From a virus (Duplodnaviria > Caudoviricetes): a stretch of DNA of 64,000 nucleotides. The stretch spans positions 116,770 through 180,769 of the IMG/VR virus record IMGVR_UViG_3300020414_000008. The stretch is one strand, 5' to 3'. The notes beneath the pieces are model-generated. The model saw nothing but the letters and a program-made list of their open reading frames with translations. It had not been told where the DNA came from and did not search any database. Within the stretch, counting starts at the first letter, position 1; the number at the start of each line of letters is the position of its first letter. The position numbers and the translations under genes were made by a program. Of the stretch, positions 26,686 through 37,917 are shown piece by piece.

Positions 26686-26729
26686 TAATAATTTAATTAA
26701 ATCATATTTATATAAAAACAAATACAATT

Positions 26730-27176
26730 ATGGACACTAATAAATTTGTAAAAGCGTTAAAACTCTTAATAAAAGAAGAGGTTCGTAAGGAAGTTGAAAA
26801 ACAAAAAACAACTATCAGAGAATCTGTTATTAAAGAGATGAGTACGCCTCAAACTAAAACTCAAAGTAAAAAACCAAAGGTCAAGTTCAAGGGTAACAAG
26901 TTTTCTGATTTGTTAAACGAAACAGTAGACACTTGGGATACCATGGGTGGTCAAACCTTGACATCACAACATGCTCAAGGTATGGATAGACAAACTATGG
27001 CGTCGATGATGGGTCTTAGTAATCAACCAACACAACAATCAATGATACCAACACAAGATTCTGATGGTAGAGCAGTTGATGTAAACGCAGTGATGAACTC
27101 AGGTGTTGGTAACGCATTAACAAGAGACTATTCTCAGTTAATGAAAGCAATAGATACGAAGAAGGGTAGAGTATAA
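26730..27176 (+). CDS. hypothetical late protein with LIKEE leader
   Basis: TATTTATA at 26705; LLIKEEV, IRESVIKE, LLNET. Confidence 0.7.
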   Translation: MDTNKFVKALKLLIKEEVRKEVEKQKTTIRESVIKEMSTPQTKTQSKKPKVKFKGNKFSDLLNETVDTWDTMGGQTLTSQHAQGMDRQTMASMMGLSNQPTQQSMIPTQDSDGRAVDVNAVMNSGVGNALTRDYSQLMKAIDTKKGRV

Positions 27177-27613
27177 TGTCAAGAAAACGTGAAGAGAAAA
27201 AGTATCACCCATTAGACCTACAGAAAAACATAGGTGTGGGTATTCCATTACCATTGGGTGGGACTCCTATATTCGCAAGCACGTTTACGACAGAAGAACA
27301 GGCACTATCTAACTTAAAAAACTTATTATTAACAAGAAAAGGTGAGAGACCGTTTCAACCATTATTTGGAACTGATGTCCCATCTTTCTTGTTTGAAAAT
27401 ATAACAAAAAACCTACTTGACAATCTAAAAGCGGGATTGCAGAAGGATATAGAATTTTGGTTACCTTACATTAATATAAAAGAAATTATAGTAGATGATT
27501 TACCAAATGAAAATAGAATTAATATTTCTTTTTCGTTTTCTGTAGGAGAAAGTGGAGCAAATCAGATAATTATAGTAAACGTAGATGAACAGGGTAGTCT
27601 TTCAATCGCATAG
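27176..27613 (+). CDS. baseplate wedge protein gp25-like
   Basis: NLKNLLLTRKGERPFQPLFG..LFE..WLPYI. Confidence 0.9.
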   Translation: MSRKREEKKYHPLDLQKNIGVGIPLPLGGTPIFASTFTTEEQALSNLKNLLLTRKGERPFQPLFGTDVPSFLFENITKNLLDNLKAGLQKDIEFWLPYINIKEIIVDDLPNENRINISFSFSVGESGANQIIIVNVDEQGSLSIA

Positions 27614-27622
27614 GGTTAGAAT

Positions 27623-29536
27623 ATGGCAGACAAAATAAAAAAGGAAGTAAAACTTTTAGGAAGGGATTTTGGAGAAATAAGAAATAATCTTGTTGACTTC
27701 ACAAAAACTTACTTCCCACAAACATATAACGATTTTAACGAGTCATCGCCAGGTATGATGATATTGGAACTTGCGTCATATGTTGGTGACGTACTTTCTT
27801 ACTATACTGATGTTCAGTTAAGAGAATCTTTATTAGAAGAAGCTCAGGAAAAGAAAAATATATTTACAATCTCACAAGCATATGGTTACAAACCAAAACT
27901 AAATGTACCTGCTACAACAACCTTAAGTGTATATCAAATAGTACCTTCAATAGGAAGTGGTGACAGTGTTAGACCCGATTGGAGATACGCTCTTACAATT
28001 AAAGAAGGAGCGACAGTAACCGCGGAATCTAACGGTGAGGTTGAGTTTAGTACAAATCAAAAAGTAAGATTTAACTATTCATCTTCATTCGACCCGACTG
28101 AAGTTTCTGTTTATCAAATTGATGACAACAACAACGAACCAATTAAATATCTTTTAAAGAAGTATGTAAAAGCAACAAGTGGTAAAGAAAAGACACAGAC
28201 TTTTACATTTGGTACCCCAAAGATATATGATAAAATTAGATTACAAGACGAAGACGGTCTTATAGATGTAATCAAAATATCTGATGATGACGGTGAGGAT
28301 TGGACAAAGGTAGATTACCTTGGTCAAGACACCGTATTTGAAGAAACTCCAAATACTGAAGAGTACTCATTAGAGTATTCAGCATATAGTTCTGATACAC
28401 CTTCGTTACTAAAATTAAAAAAAGTACCGAAGAGATACATCACAAGAGTATCAGACGATGGTGAAATACATATTCAGTTTGGAGCAGGTATATCTGCAAA
28501 CGCAGACGAAGAACTACTTCCTAACCCTGACAATGTTGGGTCCGCATTATATAATGCAAGTGGTAACTTAAATCAAGGTTTAGACCCATCAAACTTTCTG
28601 TATTCTAAAACATATGGAGTAGCTCCTGCTAACCAAACACTAACAGTTACATATAGAGTAAGTCAAGGTGTATCAGATAATGTTCCAAGTAATGATTTAA
28701 CACAAATTGGAAACATTCAAATCGAAACATCAACGTTAGGACTTGATACATCATTGTACAATCAAGCAAGAAACTCTATAGCAATGTCAAACGAAGCAGC
28801 CGCAGTTGGTGGTAAGTTCGAAGAAACTGTTGATGAAGTAAGAGAAAATGCAAAAGCATATTTCGGAGCACAGAACAGGTCAGTAACAAGAGAAGACTAT
28901 GTAGTTAGAACTTATGCGATGCCACCACAATTTGGTTCGGTAGCAAAAGCATTTGTCGCTCCTGACTTTCAAATAGAGACATCATTAGATGATGGTCCTA
29001 ATCCAATATCCAATCCACTTGGTATAAACTTTTATGTATTAGGATATGACTCAAACAAAAACATTACAGAACTAAATGTCGCAACAAAACAAAATCTTGC
29101 GAATTATTTATCGTTCTATAGAATACTTACAGATGCGATTAATATTAAAAACGCATACATTGTAAATATAGGAATCGATTTCGAGATAGTAGTAAAACCA
29201 AATTACAACTCAAATGAAATACTTTTAAAATGTATAAGTAAATTAAGAGATTATTTTAAAGTAGACAACCAACAAATAAATCAACCGATATTATTGTCGG
29301 ATGTATATGTCATGTTAGATGATGTAGATGGTGTACAGAGTGTTGTAAGACCTGACAAAGATGGACTTGGTGGATTACAAATCACCAACAAGTATGGTGG
29401 AACCTACTCACCGAGAAGATACGACATGAAATACGCAACAAGAAATGGTGTAATCTATCCACCTAAAGACCCGTCTATATTTGAGGTTAAATATCCTGAT
29501 ACAGACATTAGAGGTAGAGTGGTACCATTATTTTAA
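27623..29536 (+). CDS. baseplate wedge protein gp6-like
   Basis: RDF..L..F, YNDFNESSPG, YGYKP, IQFGAG, AQNRSVTREDY. Confidence 0.9.
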   Translation: MADKIKKEVKLLGRDFGEIRNNLVDFTKTYFPQTYNDFNESSPGMMILELASYVGDVLSYYTDVQLRESLLEEAQEKKNIFTISQAYGYKPKLNVPATTTLSVYQIVPSIGSGDSVRPDWRYALTIKEGATVTAESNGEVEFSTNQKVRFNYSSSFDPTEVSVYQIDDNNNEPIKYLLKKYVKATSGKEKTQTFTFGTPKIYDKIRLQDEDGLIDVIKISDDDGEDWTKVDYLGQDTVFEETPNTEEYSLEYSAYSSDTPSLLKLKKVPKRYITRVSDDGEIHIQFGAGISANADEELLPNPDNVGSALYNASGNLNQGLDPSNFLYSKTYGVAPANQTLTVTYRVSQGVSDNVPSNDLTQIGNIQIETSTLGLDTSLYNQARNSIAMSNEAAAVGGKFEETVDEVRENAKAYFGAQNRSVTREDYVVRTYAMPPQFGSVAKAFVAPDFQIETSLDDGPNPISNPLGINFYVLGYDSNKNITELNVATKQNLANYLSFYRILTDAINIKNAYIVNIGIDFEIVVKPNYNSNEILLKCISKLRDYFKVDNQQINQPILLSDVYVMLDDVDGVQSVVRPDKDGLGGLQITNKYGGTYSPRRYDMKYATRNGVIYPPKDPSIFEVKYPDTDIRGRVVPLF

Positions 29537-29546
29537 GAGGTGAAAA

Positions 29547-31622
29547 ATGATATATAGAATATACCCAAATAAAGACAACACTATCTACGAGAAGGACAAC
29601 CTGAAACTTCAGAATACAGGTAAAGACCAAATTCTTGAAGTAGGTAAGTTCTATGGTGACGACAACATAACGTTTGTTGGAAACAGTAGAATACTTCTTG
29701 GTTTCGATTTGACACCAATATCATCCTCTGTAGCAGACGGAACAATTACGTCACCTCAATATAGACTAAGATTAGAAAATATAGAAAGTTCAGAATTACA
29801 AGACGACTTTGATTTATTTGTATACCCACTAAAAGAATCATGGAATGAAGGACTTGGTCAGTTTAGTGATTCACCAAAGAGTGAACACGCATCAAATTGG
29901 GTATTTAGAATCAGTGGTTCTAAATGGGACGTAGACAACTCTACAGAAGGAAAAGCATTAAACGCAGACACACTAAGTTCGTTAAACGCATATTACAACT
30001 TCGCAGGAAGTGTTGGTAACTTTGAATTAGTTGATAAGATAAAAGGTACAAACGGAGATGACCCATTACTATTTGTATCGGGTGGTAGATTAATTATGTC
30101 AGCATCAGATTTTAGTGGTGGTACAGCAAATCTATCATCATCATTAGACTCGGGGTCAGTATACAATATTCAATTTGATTTTAACAGAGAATCTTTAACA
30201 GGAGTTGATTTCAATGTAATCAATCCAAGTGGGTCTCGATTAAACTCAGACATCGTTGGGTTCCAAGAATCATTAGTATCAACAGCAACATATAAAATGG
30301 CATTTACAGCAAGTATGCCAGGAGTTCACAAATTACAGTTTACATATTTTGACGAAGACGGGTCAGACGGGTCAGAAGGAAACATAGATAACTTTTTCCT
30401 TTACACAACAACCGACCCTAACACTTTAGTGTTTGACCAATTCGCATCAAACTTAACTGACTTACCTTCAACTTATATAATAAATGAGGGGATTCAAAAC
30501 TTAGATGGTATTACAGGTTCAGCAGAAGTATTGAACAATACATTGACTATGACATCGTCAAAGTTTGGTGGAGCAACACTAAACAGAAAGTTTACTCTAC
30601 AAGAAAACGCAAACTATACAGCTAGTTTTGATATAGTGCCAGGAAACTTCCCTGATACACGAGGTGATGGTAGTCCATTAGGTATTGAGTTTACAGTACA
30701 AACACCAACGGGTAGATTGGTAGACATAAACGACTTTACAGGTTATACAAGATACATAACATCAAGTATGACTCAAAGAATTATATTCCAAGCAAGAGAA
30801 TCAGGACAACATTTATTTAGATGGTCTTACTATGCAAGTGGTAGTGACTTACAAGCAAGTGCATCGTTAGATAATATTTTAATAAAATCGTTTGACCACG
30901 ATACAACAAGTGCAAGATTTAATGATAACAAATATGACGCACATTTTAGTAAAACATCAGGTGGTGGTACATGGTTTACTTCTTCATTTGGAAGTGGGAA
31001 GCATTACTATCAATCTTTTAACAGAAATACTGATAACATCAATGTTGAAGTAACTGATTATGTATCAGAATGGATTGATGGAACAAGAACAAACAACGGA
31101 TTCATAATTAAGAAATCCAAAACAGATGAGAATTCAACAATCAACTTTGGTAAGATTAAGTTCTTCTCAACTGATACACATACAATATATCCACCTGTCT
31201 TAGAAGCAAGGTGGGACGACTCATCATTCGATACAGGGTCGTTAGACGCACTAAGTGGTGACGATTTAATTCTTTATGTTAAAAATTTACAAACAGAATA
31301 TAAAGAATCATCCAAAGGAAAAATAAGAGTATTTGGTAGAGAGAGATATCCTAACAGAAGTTTCTCTACAAGTCCATTGAAGACTGTAAAGTATTTACCA
31401 ACCACATCATATTACTCAGTAGTTGACGCAGAAACAGAACAAGTCATTGTTCCATTTGATACTAACTACACAAAGTTGAGTTGTGATAGTAGTGGTAATT
31501 ACTTTAACTTTTGGTTCAACGGATTACAACCTGAAAGATTTTACAAATTTTGTTTTAGAGTTGACCAAGGTGGTAATGTAAGATACTACGATGACAACTT
31601 TTACTTTAAGGTAATTAGATAA
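29547..31622 (+). CDS. baseplate/virion structural protein with inserted beta-rich domains
   Basis: SRILLGFD..W.EG.G N-terminal part and NNGFIIK..KFFS.DTHTIYPP.LE..WDDS C-terminal part, separated by repeated domains. Confidence 0.7.
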   Translation: MIYRIYPNKDNTIYEKDNLKLQNTGKDQILEVGKFYGDDNITFVGNSRILLGFDLTPISSSVADGTITSPQYRLRLENIESSELQDDFDLFVYPLKESWNEGLGQFSDSPKSEHASNWVFRISGSKWDVDNSTEGKALNADTLSSLNAYYNFAGSVGNFELVDKIKGTNGDDPLLFVSGGRLIMSASDFSGGTANLSSSLDSGSVYNIQFDFNRESLTGVDFNVINPSGSRLNSDIVGFQESLVSTATYKMAFTASMPGVHKLQFTYFDEDGSDGSEGNIDNFFLYTTTDPNTLVFDQFASNLTDLPSTYIINEGIQNLDGITGSAEVLNNTLTMTSSKFGGATLNRKFTLQENANYTASFDIVPGNFPDTRGDGSPLGIEFTVQTPTGRLVDINDFTGYTRYITSSMTQRIIFQARESGQHLFRWSYYASGSDLQASASLDNILIKSFDHDTTSARFNDNKYDAHFSKTSGGGTWFTSSFGSGKHYYQSFNRNTDNINVEVTDYVSEWIDGTRTNNGFIIKKSKTDENSTINFGKIKFFSTDTHTIYPPVLEARWDDSSFDTGSLDALSGDDLILYVKNLQTEYKESSKGKIRVFGRERYPNRSFSTSPLKTVKYLPTTSYYSVVDAETEQVIVPFDTNYTKLSCDSSGNYFNFWFNGLQPERFYKFCFRVDQGGNVRYYDDNFYFKVIR

Positions 31623-32152
31623 TGAGTGTAGATAGAGACTTAAAAAGAAACGTAAGGGGACAGATTGTCTCCTATGAGATTCCACAACCAGCACAGGTAC
31701 CTGTAGGAACACCACTTCCGTCATACTCTAAAGTGTATATTACATCACAAGATGGTGGAGCAACAACTCCCGAAAGGTTTAGATTAGGAAGAGTATTAGA
31801 AGGTACTGATTCAGTTATATCTGAATTACAGTTTGTAGGTGTTAGTGTCAGAACAAACGCAAACGTTAGAACATCACTCGCAGGAGCAACAGGTGGTGGG
31901 AGTTTAGCGTCAAGTGGATTCCAATCAAGTGGTGTTGCAAGTACACCATCCAACCCATCAACAGGACAAGCAGCAGCAGGTTCAGCAGGAACCACAGGTG
32001 GAGTAGTTTCTACAGGTGGTGGTAGTCAAGGTGGTGGTGGTACAGGTGGTAACACCCAAGACGGAAGTCCAATTGGAGTAGGTGGATACGATTCATATGG
32101 ATTTAACACAGACTCGGGCCCTGACCGAAACTTTACTATGAATTATCTATAA
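31622..32152 (+). CDS. protein with G/S-rich low-complexity C-terminus
   Basis: TAATG-coupled ORF in the structural operon. Confidence 0.65.
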   Translation: MSVDRDLKRNVRGQIVSYEIPQPAQVPVGTPLPSYSKVYITSQDGGATTPERFRLGRVLEGTDSVISELQFVGVSVRTNANVRTSLAGATGGGSLASSGFQSSGVASTPSNPSTGQAAAGSAGTTGGVVSTGGGSQGGGGTGGNTQDGSPIGVGGYDSYGFNTDSGPDRNFTMNYL

Positions 32153-32165
32153 ATGAGTATATGAT

Positions 32166-32747
32166 ATGTTTGAATTTACAATCGGAAATATAAAAACTTT
32201 CACACCTTGGGAACAACCAAGGTTTGACACGTTTAGGGGTTGGTGGAATAGATTCAACCGAGAGGTTGACTTATCAGACTATAGAGTATATTTAGTTGGT
32301 TCATTCGCAGAGAATATTTATGGAGCAAATATCCCAACAATGGATGTGGATATTGTGTTAAGAAACGAAGTAAAAGATTATACAAAACTAAAACATATTT
32401 TAGATACAGCAATGATAATGGGATTTGAATCTAAAATGTTTATAGATATAAAGTGGAGTTGTGAAACTCTTTGGACAGAACATCTTGGTCTTAGAAAAAA
32501 GTGTCAACGACCTTCTAAGTTAAGTAAGTTCACAAGAATAAAGAATTACAATTACAGTATCAAAACGGTCAATGGTAGAACTTTAGAAAAAAGAAATATG
32601 CCAAAAGACATGAGATGTAAAGAAATTATAGATGGTCTATATGAAGTAACAGGATACGATTATATGACAGCATCTAAAGTTAACAAACGTATGAGAGAAA
32701 AAACTTATACGGGAAAATATATGGACTTAAAGAATGCCTTTAGATAG
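32166..32747 (+). CDS. Pol-beta-superfamily (MNT-like) nucleotidyltransferase
   Basis: YLVGSFA..MDVDIVL..FIDI (GS, DxD and third Asp). Confidence 0.7.
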   Translation: MFEFTIGNIKTFTPWEQPRFDTFRGWWNRFNREVDLSDYRVYLVGSFAENIYGANIPTMDVDIVLRNEVKDYTKLKHILDTAMIMGFESKMFIDIKWSCETLWTEHLGLRKKCQRPSKLSKFTRIKNYNYSIKTVNGRTLEKRNMPKDMRCKEIIDGLYEVTGYDYMTASKVNKRMREKTYTGKYMDLKNAFR

Positions 32748-35700
32748 ATTTTTTAATGAAGATGAAGTAAATGGTAAACAACCTATCTTCGGAGAGGTGT
32801 TTTCACCTGAAGATGTTGCACTAATAGCAGAGGGAGCAACATACCCTGTTTTAAGTGACGAAGACATCACAGGTATTCCATCATTTACTACACCAAACTT
32901 AGAAGTTCATTACTATACACCACAAGGAGCGTACTTGGGTGGTAGAGCCGGTTTACCATTTAACACAGTCGGTGACGTTGGTAATAAAACTCTTTTCATA
33001 AGGCCAGGTCAAGACATAAGAGATGGTGGTTACAAAAGTGGTACATATAAAATGGTGTATAACTTTTTACACCAAGCAGCATCAGGATTGAAAATAACAG
33101 AGATTTCACCAAACAGAAAAGAAGTAAAAATCCAATCCTCAAACATAAACGGTCTATCAAACCTATACCAACTATACAGTACACCAAATGGTCTTGTGGG
33201 GAACACATTCTCAGGTGATGATACATTTTTACCAGCACAATTAAACTTTGGAGCAAACAATTTATATCCAATTGTTAATGCACAGTTTATGGGACAACGT
33301 GGTGGACTCTTTTCCGCGTCACTACCATTTCCTGTTGGTGACACGAGTGTTAATGACTCTAATAGAAATACAATATTTGTCCCCGTAACACAAACACCAT
33401 TAGAAACAGGATTTGGTGACGACAATACAACAGACTTTGTTACATTTGCAGAAGTTGACTTAGATGACACTGTTCAAGGTGGTAACACTTTCTTCCCTAT
33501 AACAAAATATAGATTAACAGGTATTTTTGATAGATTTAAACTTGTCAGAAACGCAGACACATCTTTAAGTTGGTTAAGAAAAAATGAAACGTATTTATCG
33601 CCAGAAGAATTACCATCTGATGTAGACCAAGCGACGAGAGACGCATTTATTCAACCAACTTACTCGTCATTAAACATAAACGCATTAGATGTACGATATA
33701 ATGCATTTGACCTTAATCTAAATACTGTAAATGAAGTAATTGTTAAACTAAGTCAAGAATTACCATCAACTATAAATGTTAATGATACACTTGATATCTC
33801 ACTACAATTAGTAAAACCGTATATAGATAATATAATCATATACGAGGGACTCGAAGACCCTAATATGATTCCTTTCTTTTCAAATCCAAACTTCAACATT
33901 GATTTGGGTGACAACAAAGGAGCAGCAGGTGAGTTCGAATCTTGGGATTCTTTATTAGACGCAGGTCTACCAACAAGACAACAAATCGTAGATAAGTTTT
34001 TCAGTGGTTCACTTGGAAACGTAACACTAAATATAGATTATTCTGACTTAAAAAACTTTATTCACTTTTCATCAGCAGAAGAAAGAGTTAGAAACTTTAA
34101 ATACAAACTACAACTTGTAGAAGGATACAACACGAGAATCCAAACTTTAACAGGAGTAAGTGGTTCTGAAGCAATAACAAACATTTCATCATCAACAAGT
34201 AGAAGAGACGCGTTGATTGGTGGGTTTGATGACTTTGAATATTGGATGTACTATAATCATGAGTCATCTTTATATACACACTTTAGTTCGTCACAGTTTG
34301 TAATAGACCCATATCCAAAAGAATTAAAGAACCCACATACGTTATATGACTTGACATCATCAAACGGTACAAGTTGGTTTAATAATACAATTGAGACAGC
34401 AAAAGCATATGACGCATTAAATGATACTAAGTTAACAGAAATGATTCCTGCTAATTTAGCGTTTGATGAAAAGAACGAAGAGTATGTTGAGTTTGTAAAA
34501 ATGTTAGGTCAACATTTTGATATATTCTACAACTACATAAAAGAAATTACTCAAATCAATGATAGAGAAGAACATCCTAAAGATGGTATGGCACAGGATT
34601 TGATTGAGGTTATTACAAACTCATTTGGTTGGAAACTATTTAATGGATACTCCGATACTTCATTATGGAAATATGAATTCGGAGTTGACCAAACAGGTAA
34701 TCCAATACAATCAGGTTCTCTATATTCTAAACCAACAAAAGAGATTGTTCACGAAACTTGGAGAAGATTATTAAATAACGTGCCAGGAATATACAAAAGT
34801 AAAGGTACTGCACGTTCATTTAAAACATTGATATCTTCTTATGGTGTTCCAAGTGCATTCTTAAAGATTAGAGAGTACGGTGGACCGAGAATAAAAGATA
34901 CTAAAGAGATATACGAACACGAAAGATATATCTACAAACTACAATTAGACGGAGCATGTCGTTCAGAGAACCCATGGGATAAAATTAATGGTCATAGACC
35001 AAAGACTATTGAAATAATAGCAAAACTACCACAGGGTAATCACACAATCATGAGACATAATATTTCCGACACCTATGATTTAAAATGGGAGTATAACCAA
35101 GTAACGGGAAAAGCAAGATGGGTTGTTAATTATGTTGGTGGTGGAGCGTTAGCATCAACACCATATGTTCCTTACAAACAAGAAAGAAATGTTATAGTAG
35201 CAATATCATCGGGGTCAGGTGGATATACACTTAACTCAGCATGGGTTGACGATTGGGGATTCACATTAGCAAATCCAACTGCGTCTTGGGATGATAGTAG
35301 CATAGATAGTATTTGGAACCCAACATCACCAACAGGTAGAAGTGCGTCTATTTCTATACCATTTACTAATGCGGGAAATACTACATCAAGTATCCAAGAA
35401 ATAAGATACTACAAAAAACAGTTATCAAACGAAGTCATACTTGGTCACGCAGCAAATACTGACGCATATTATTCTGATGATAATACAACTGATTTAGATA
35501 TCGACACATCATATGAGAATCTTCTATATAGAATTTTCCCTGATAGTACATACAATAACATTAGTGGTTCTATATCATCAAGACATCCTAATCAGCAGTT
35601 TACCTCATCAGCAACGGGTCTTATATTATCTGCGTCTTTTGATAGATTTGGACAAGCAGACGCATCAAGATTATCAGGTGAAGTAGATACTCAGTTTGTT

Positions 35701-37200
35701 TCTATTCCATCTGTTGGAGCACTAAACTTAACAAATAAGAAAGTAAGAATAGAATCTTCATCATTAAGAGGTCCATTACAATTTGATGTTAGTAATGAAA
35801 AAAGTCAATACGATGAAGCACCTCTTGATTCTAATTTATTAGGAACTTATTTCTCTACAACAGATACAGTCAACTTTGATATCTACGCGTCTGAAGGTTA
35901 CTTTGACGCAGGTGATTTGGTTGGTGATACTGATGTTAGAAATAATGACGGATATGATTTATTAGATTTTAGAGCAAGAAACTATTTCCAAAAATATACA
36001 GGAAGAACCGCACTTCAGATTCAATTAGATATGTTATCAAGATATGATATGTCTATCTTTGATTCAATGAAACAGTTAGTTCCAGCAAGAGCTGATTGGC
36101 ATAAAGGTATTTTAGTTGAACCACATATTTTTGAGAGAAACAATTATTTAAGACCACAAGGAATCTCATTCACACAAAATCAATATGAGAGTAGTGGAGT
36201 AACAACGTTAAGTATAATATCAGGTTCTTACTTAACTTACACAAGTAGTATAACCAAAGATGTATTTAAACCGTCTGTTTACAAATACACCGACATCCAA
36301 AGACTTAGTTCTTCAGGTGATTACTTTACAGATACAAATCCATATTGGGAATACTCACCAACAGGTTCTACTATATTAGACGCAAGACTTTCAAGAACAG
36401 CATTGGAACCAAGATATTTTTACACAAACGAAATAAGTGCATCAAAAGGTCCTGAGTTCGCAAGTTCCGCGTCATTCCATTTTGCAAGAGTTCAAGATGA
36501 TAGATTGACAGGTAATCTAAATAACTTATTCTATTTAGGATGTAAAATATCAAGTACATCTTTAACAGCAAATTCAGCGGATACTCCTGACAACAGTCCT
36601 GTAATAGAAGTAACTCAGGTTAGTGATACTGATATCGTAGTAAGTACTACAAAAGAAGTTGAACTTGATTCAAAGGGAGCAACAAAGGTAATAAATGTTA
36701 TGGAATCTGAGGATTTAGTATCAGTTAAAAAACACATTGATACAGTGGAAACTATAAGTAAATCAACATCAAAAGCAATAGATAAAGCAATTGAAGACGA
36801 TTTATTTAGAAATCCACCAGCACTACCATTATTACCTAAAAGAAGAAAAAGACCTATTGGGAAAATACCAGGCGATGATACAAAAGTATCATTTAGTTTT
36901 ATTCCGTCTGTTGGAATTGCACAAAAGAATGTTACGTTAAACGTAAACGCTACATCAAGAGCAGTTGAGAATGTAGCGAGAAAACAAGCGGCAAGAGCTT
37001 ATAGAAATGGTGGTGCACCAAGAATAAGTTCTACACCACCACCAACGACTAATGTGTCGTTTGGATATGGACCACCACCACCTGTAAATAATAACTCAAC
37101 ATTTGGAGCAGCAGCTACTACAAATGGACCGTTAGACGATATTTTTCAACAACAAAGAAATCGTAGGTCAGGTGGATTATTTTCGAATAGAGGTGGTTAA
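32734..37200 (+). CDS. large baseplate/virion structural protein
   Basis: EISPNRKEV, FSSAEER, MLGQHFD, KSKGTARS..YG, IREYGG, LVPARA..GILVEP; LamG-like IQEIRY. Confidence 0.75.
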   Translation: MPLDRFFNEDEVNGKQPIFGEVFSPEDVALIAEGATYPVLSDEDITGIPSFTTPNLEVHYYTPQGAYLGGRAGLPFNTVGDVGNKTLFIRPGQDIRDGGYKSGTYKMVYNFLHQAASGLKITEISPNRKEVKIQSSNINGLSNLYQLYSTPNGLVGNTFSGDDTFLPAQLNFGANNLYPIVNAQFMGQRGGLFSASLPFPVGDTSVNDSNRNTIFVPVTQTPLETGFGDDNTTDFVTFAEVDLDDTVQGGNTFFPITKYRLTGIFDRFKLVRNADTSLSWLRKNETYLSPEELPSDVDQATRDAFIQPTYSSLNINALDVRYNAFDLNLNTVNEVIVKLSQELPSTINVNDTLDISLQLVKPYIDNIIIYEGLEDPNMIPFFSNPNFNIDLGDNKGAAGEFESWDSLLDAGLPTRQQIVDKFFSGSLGNVTLNIDYSDLKNFIHFSSAEERVRNFKYKLQLVEGYNTRIQTLTGVSGSEAITNISSSTSRRDALIGGFDDFEYWMYYNHESSLYTHFSSSQFVIDPYPKELKNPHTLYDLTSSNGTSWFNNTIETAKAYDALNDTKLTEMIPANLAFDEKNEEYVEFVKMLGQHFDIFYNYIKEITQINDREEHPKDGMAQDLIEVITNSFGWKLFNGYSDTSLWKYEFGVDQTGNPIQSGSLYSKPTKEIVHETWRRLLNNVPGIYKSKGTARSFKTLISSYGVPSAFLKIREYGGPRIKDTKEIYEHERYIYKLQLDGACRSENPWDKINGHRPKTIEIIAKLPQGNHTIMRHNISDTYDLKWEYNQVTGKARWVVNYVGGGALASTPYVPYKQERNVIVAISSGSGGYTLNSAWVDDWGFTLANPTASWDDSSIDSIWNPTSPTGRSASISIPFTNAGNTTSSIQEIRYYKKQLSNEVILGHAANTDAYYSDDNTTDLDIDTSYENLLYRIFPDSTYNNISGSISSRHPNQQFTSSATGLILSASFDRFGQADASRLSGEVDTQFVSIPSVGALNLTNKKVRIESSSLRGPLQFDVSNEKSQYDEAPLDSNLLGTYFSTTDTVNFDIYASEGYFDAGDLVGDTDVRNNDGYDLLDFRARNYFQKYTGRTALQIQLDMLSRYDMSIFDSMKQLVPARADWHKGILVEPHIFERNNYLRPQGISFTQNQYESSGVTTLSIISGSYLTYTSSITKDVFKPSVYKYTDIQRLSSSGDYFTDTNPYWEYSPTGSTILDARLSRTALEPRYFYTNEISASKGPEFASSASFHFARVQDDRLTGNLNNLFYLGCKISSTSLTANSADTPDNSPVIEVTQVSDTDIVVSTTKEVELDSKGATKVINVMESEDLVSVKKHIDTVETISKSTSKAIDKAIEDDLFRNPPALPLLPKRRKRPIGKIPGDDTKVSFSFIPSVGIAQKNVTLNVNATSRAVENVARKQAARAYRNGGAPRISSTPPPTTNVSFGYGPPPPVNNNSTFGAAATTNGPLDDIFQQQRNRRSGGLFSNRGG

Positions 37201-37264
37201 AAACAAAAAAATGATTTAAAAATAAAAAAAACTATATTTATATAAGTAAAAGAGGAAAACAACT

Positions 37265-37906
37265 ATGGGATTTTTAGACAATTCATCTGTAACAGTAGAC
37301 GCTATCCTTACCAAGAGGGGAAGAGAATTACTCGCGGAAGGTAGAGACAAATTTTCAATTACCCAATTCGCATTAGCGGATGATGAGGTCGATTACGACC
37401 TTTGGAATCCTGCTCACTCGTTAGGTAGTGACTACTATGGAATCGTTATTGAAAATATGCCAATCTTGGAGGCGATTACTGACGATTCATATTTAATGAA
37501 ATACAAATTATTATCATTACCGAAATCAACGGTAAAATTACCATTTATAGAACTATCGGTAACTTCTATCTCTTCAGCAGAAGAAGGAACAGCAAGTACT
37601 ATAAACGTAACTACTAAGAATGGTGGTAATGAAAATTTAGGATATACAGCAATATTACTTAATAGTGATGTAGGTTCAATCAGTGGTAACGCAGGAGTGC
37701 CAGGAACAACTTCACCTATTATTAATATCAATTCATATGCTACTAATCAAGCATTAGCAGTAACAGGATTGAATTCATTTATATTCACTCCAACAAACAA
37801 TCTACCAACAAACCAAACAACCAATACAAGAATTATCATTATTGGTAATGAAACAGGTGGTAGAGCAGAGTTAGATGTAACGGTAACACCTAAGGTAAAC
37901 GAATAA
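37265..37906 (+). CDS. virion structural protein
   Basis: MGFLDNSSVTVDAILTKRGRELLA..FALADDEVDY; TATTTATA upstream. Confidence 0.75.
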   Translation: MGFLDNSSVTVDAILTKRGRELLAEGRDKFSITQFALADDEVDYDLWNPAHSLGSDYYGIVIENMPILEAITDDSYLMKYKLLSLPKSTVKLPFIELSVTSISSAEEGTASTINVTTKNGGNENLGYTAILLNSDVGSISGNAGVPGTTSPIININSYATNQALAVTGLNSFIFTPTNNLPTNQTTNTRIIIIGNETGGRAELDVTVTPKVNE

Positions 37907-37917
37907 GGAGATAAATT

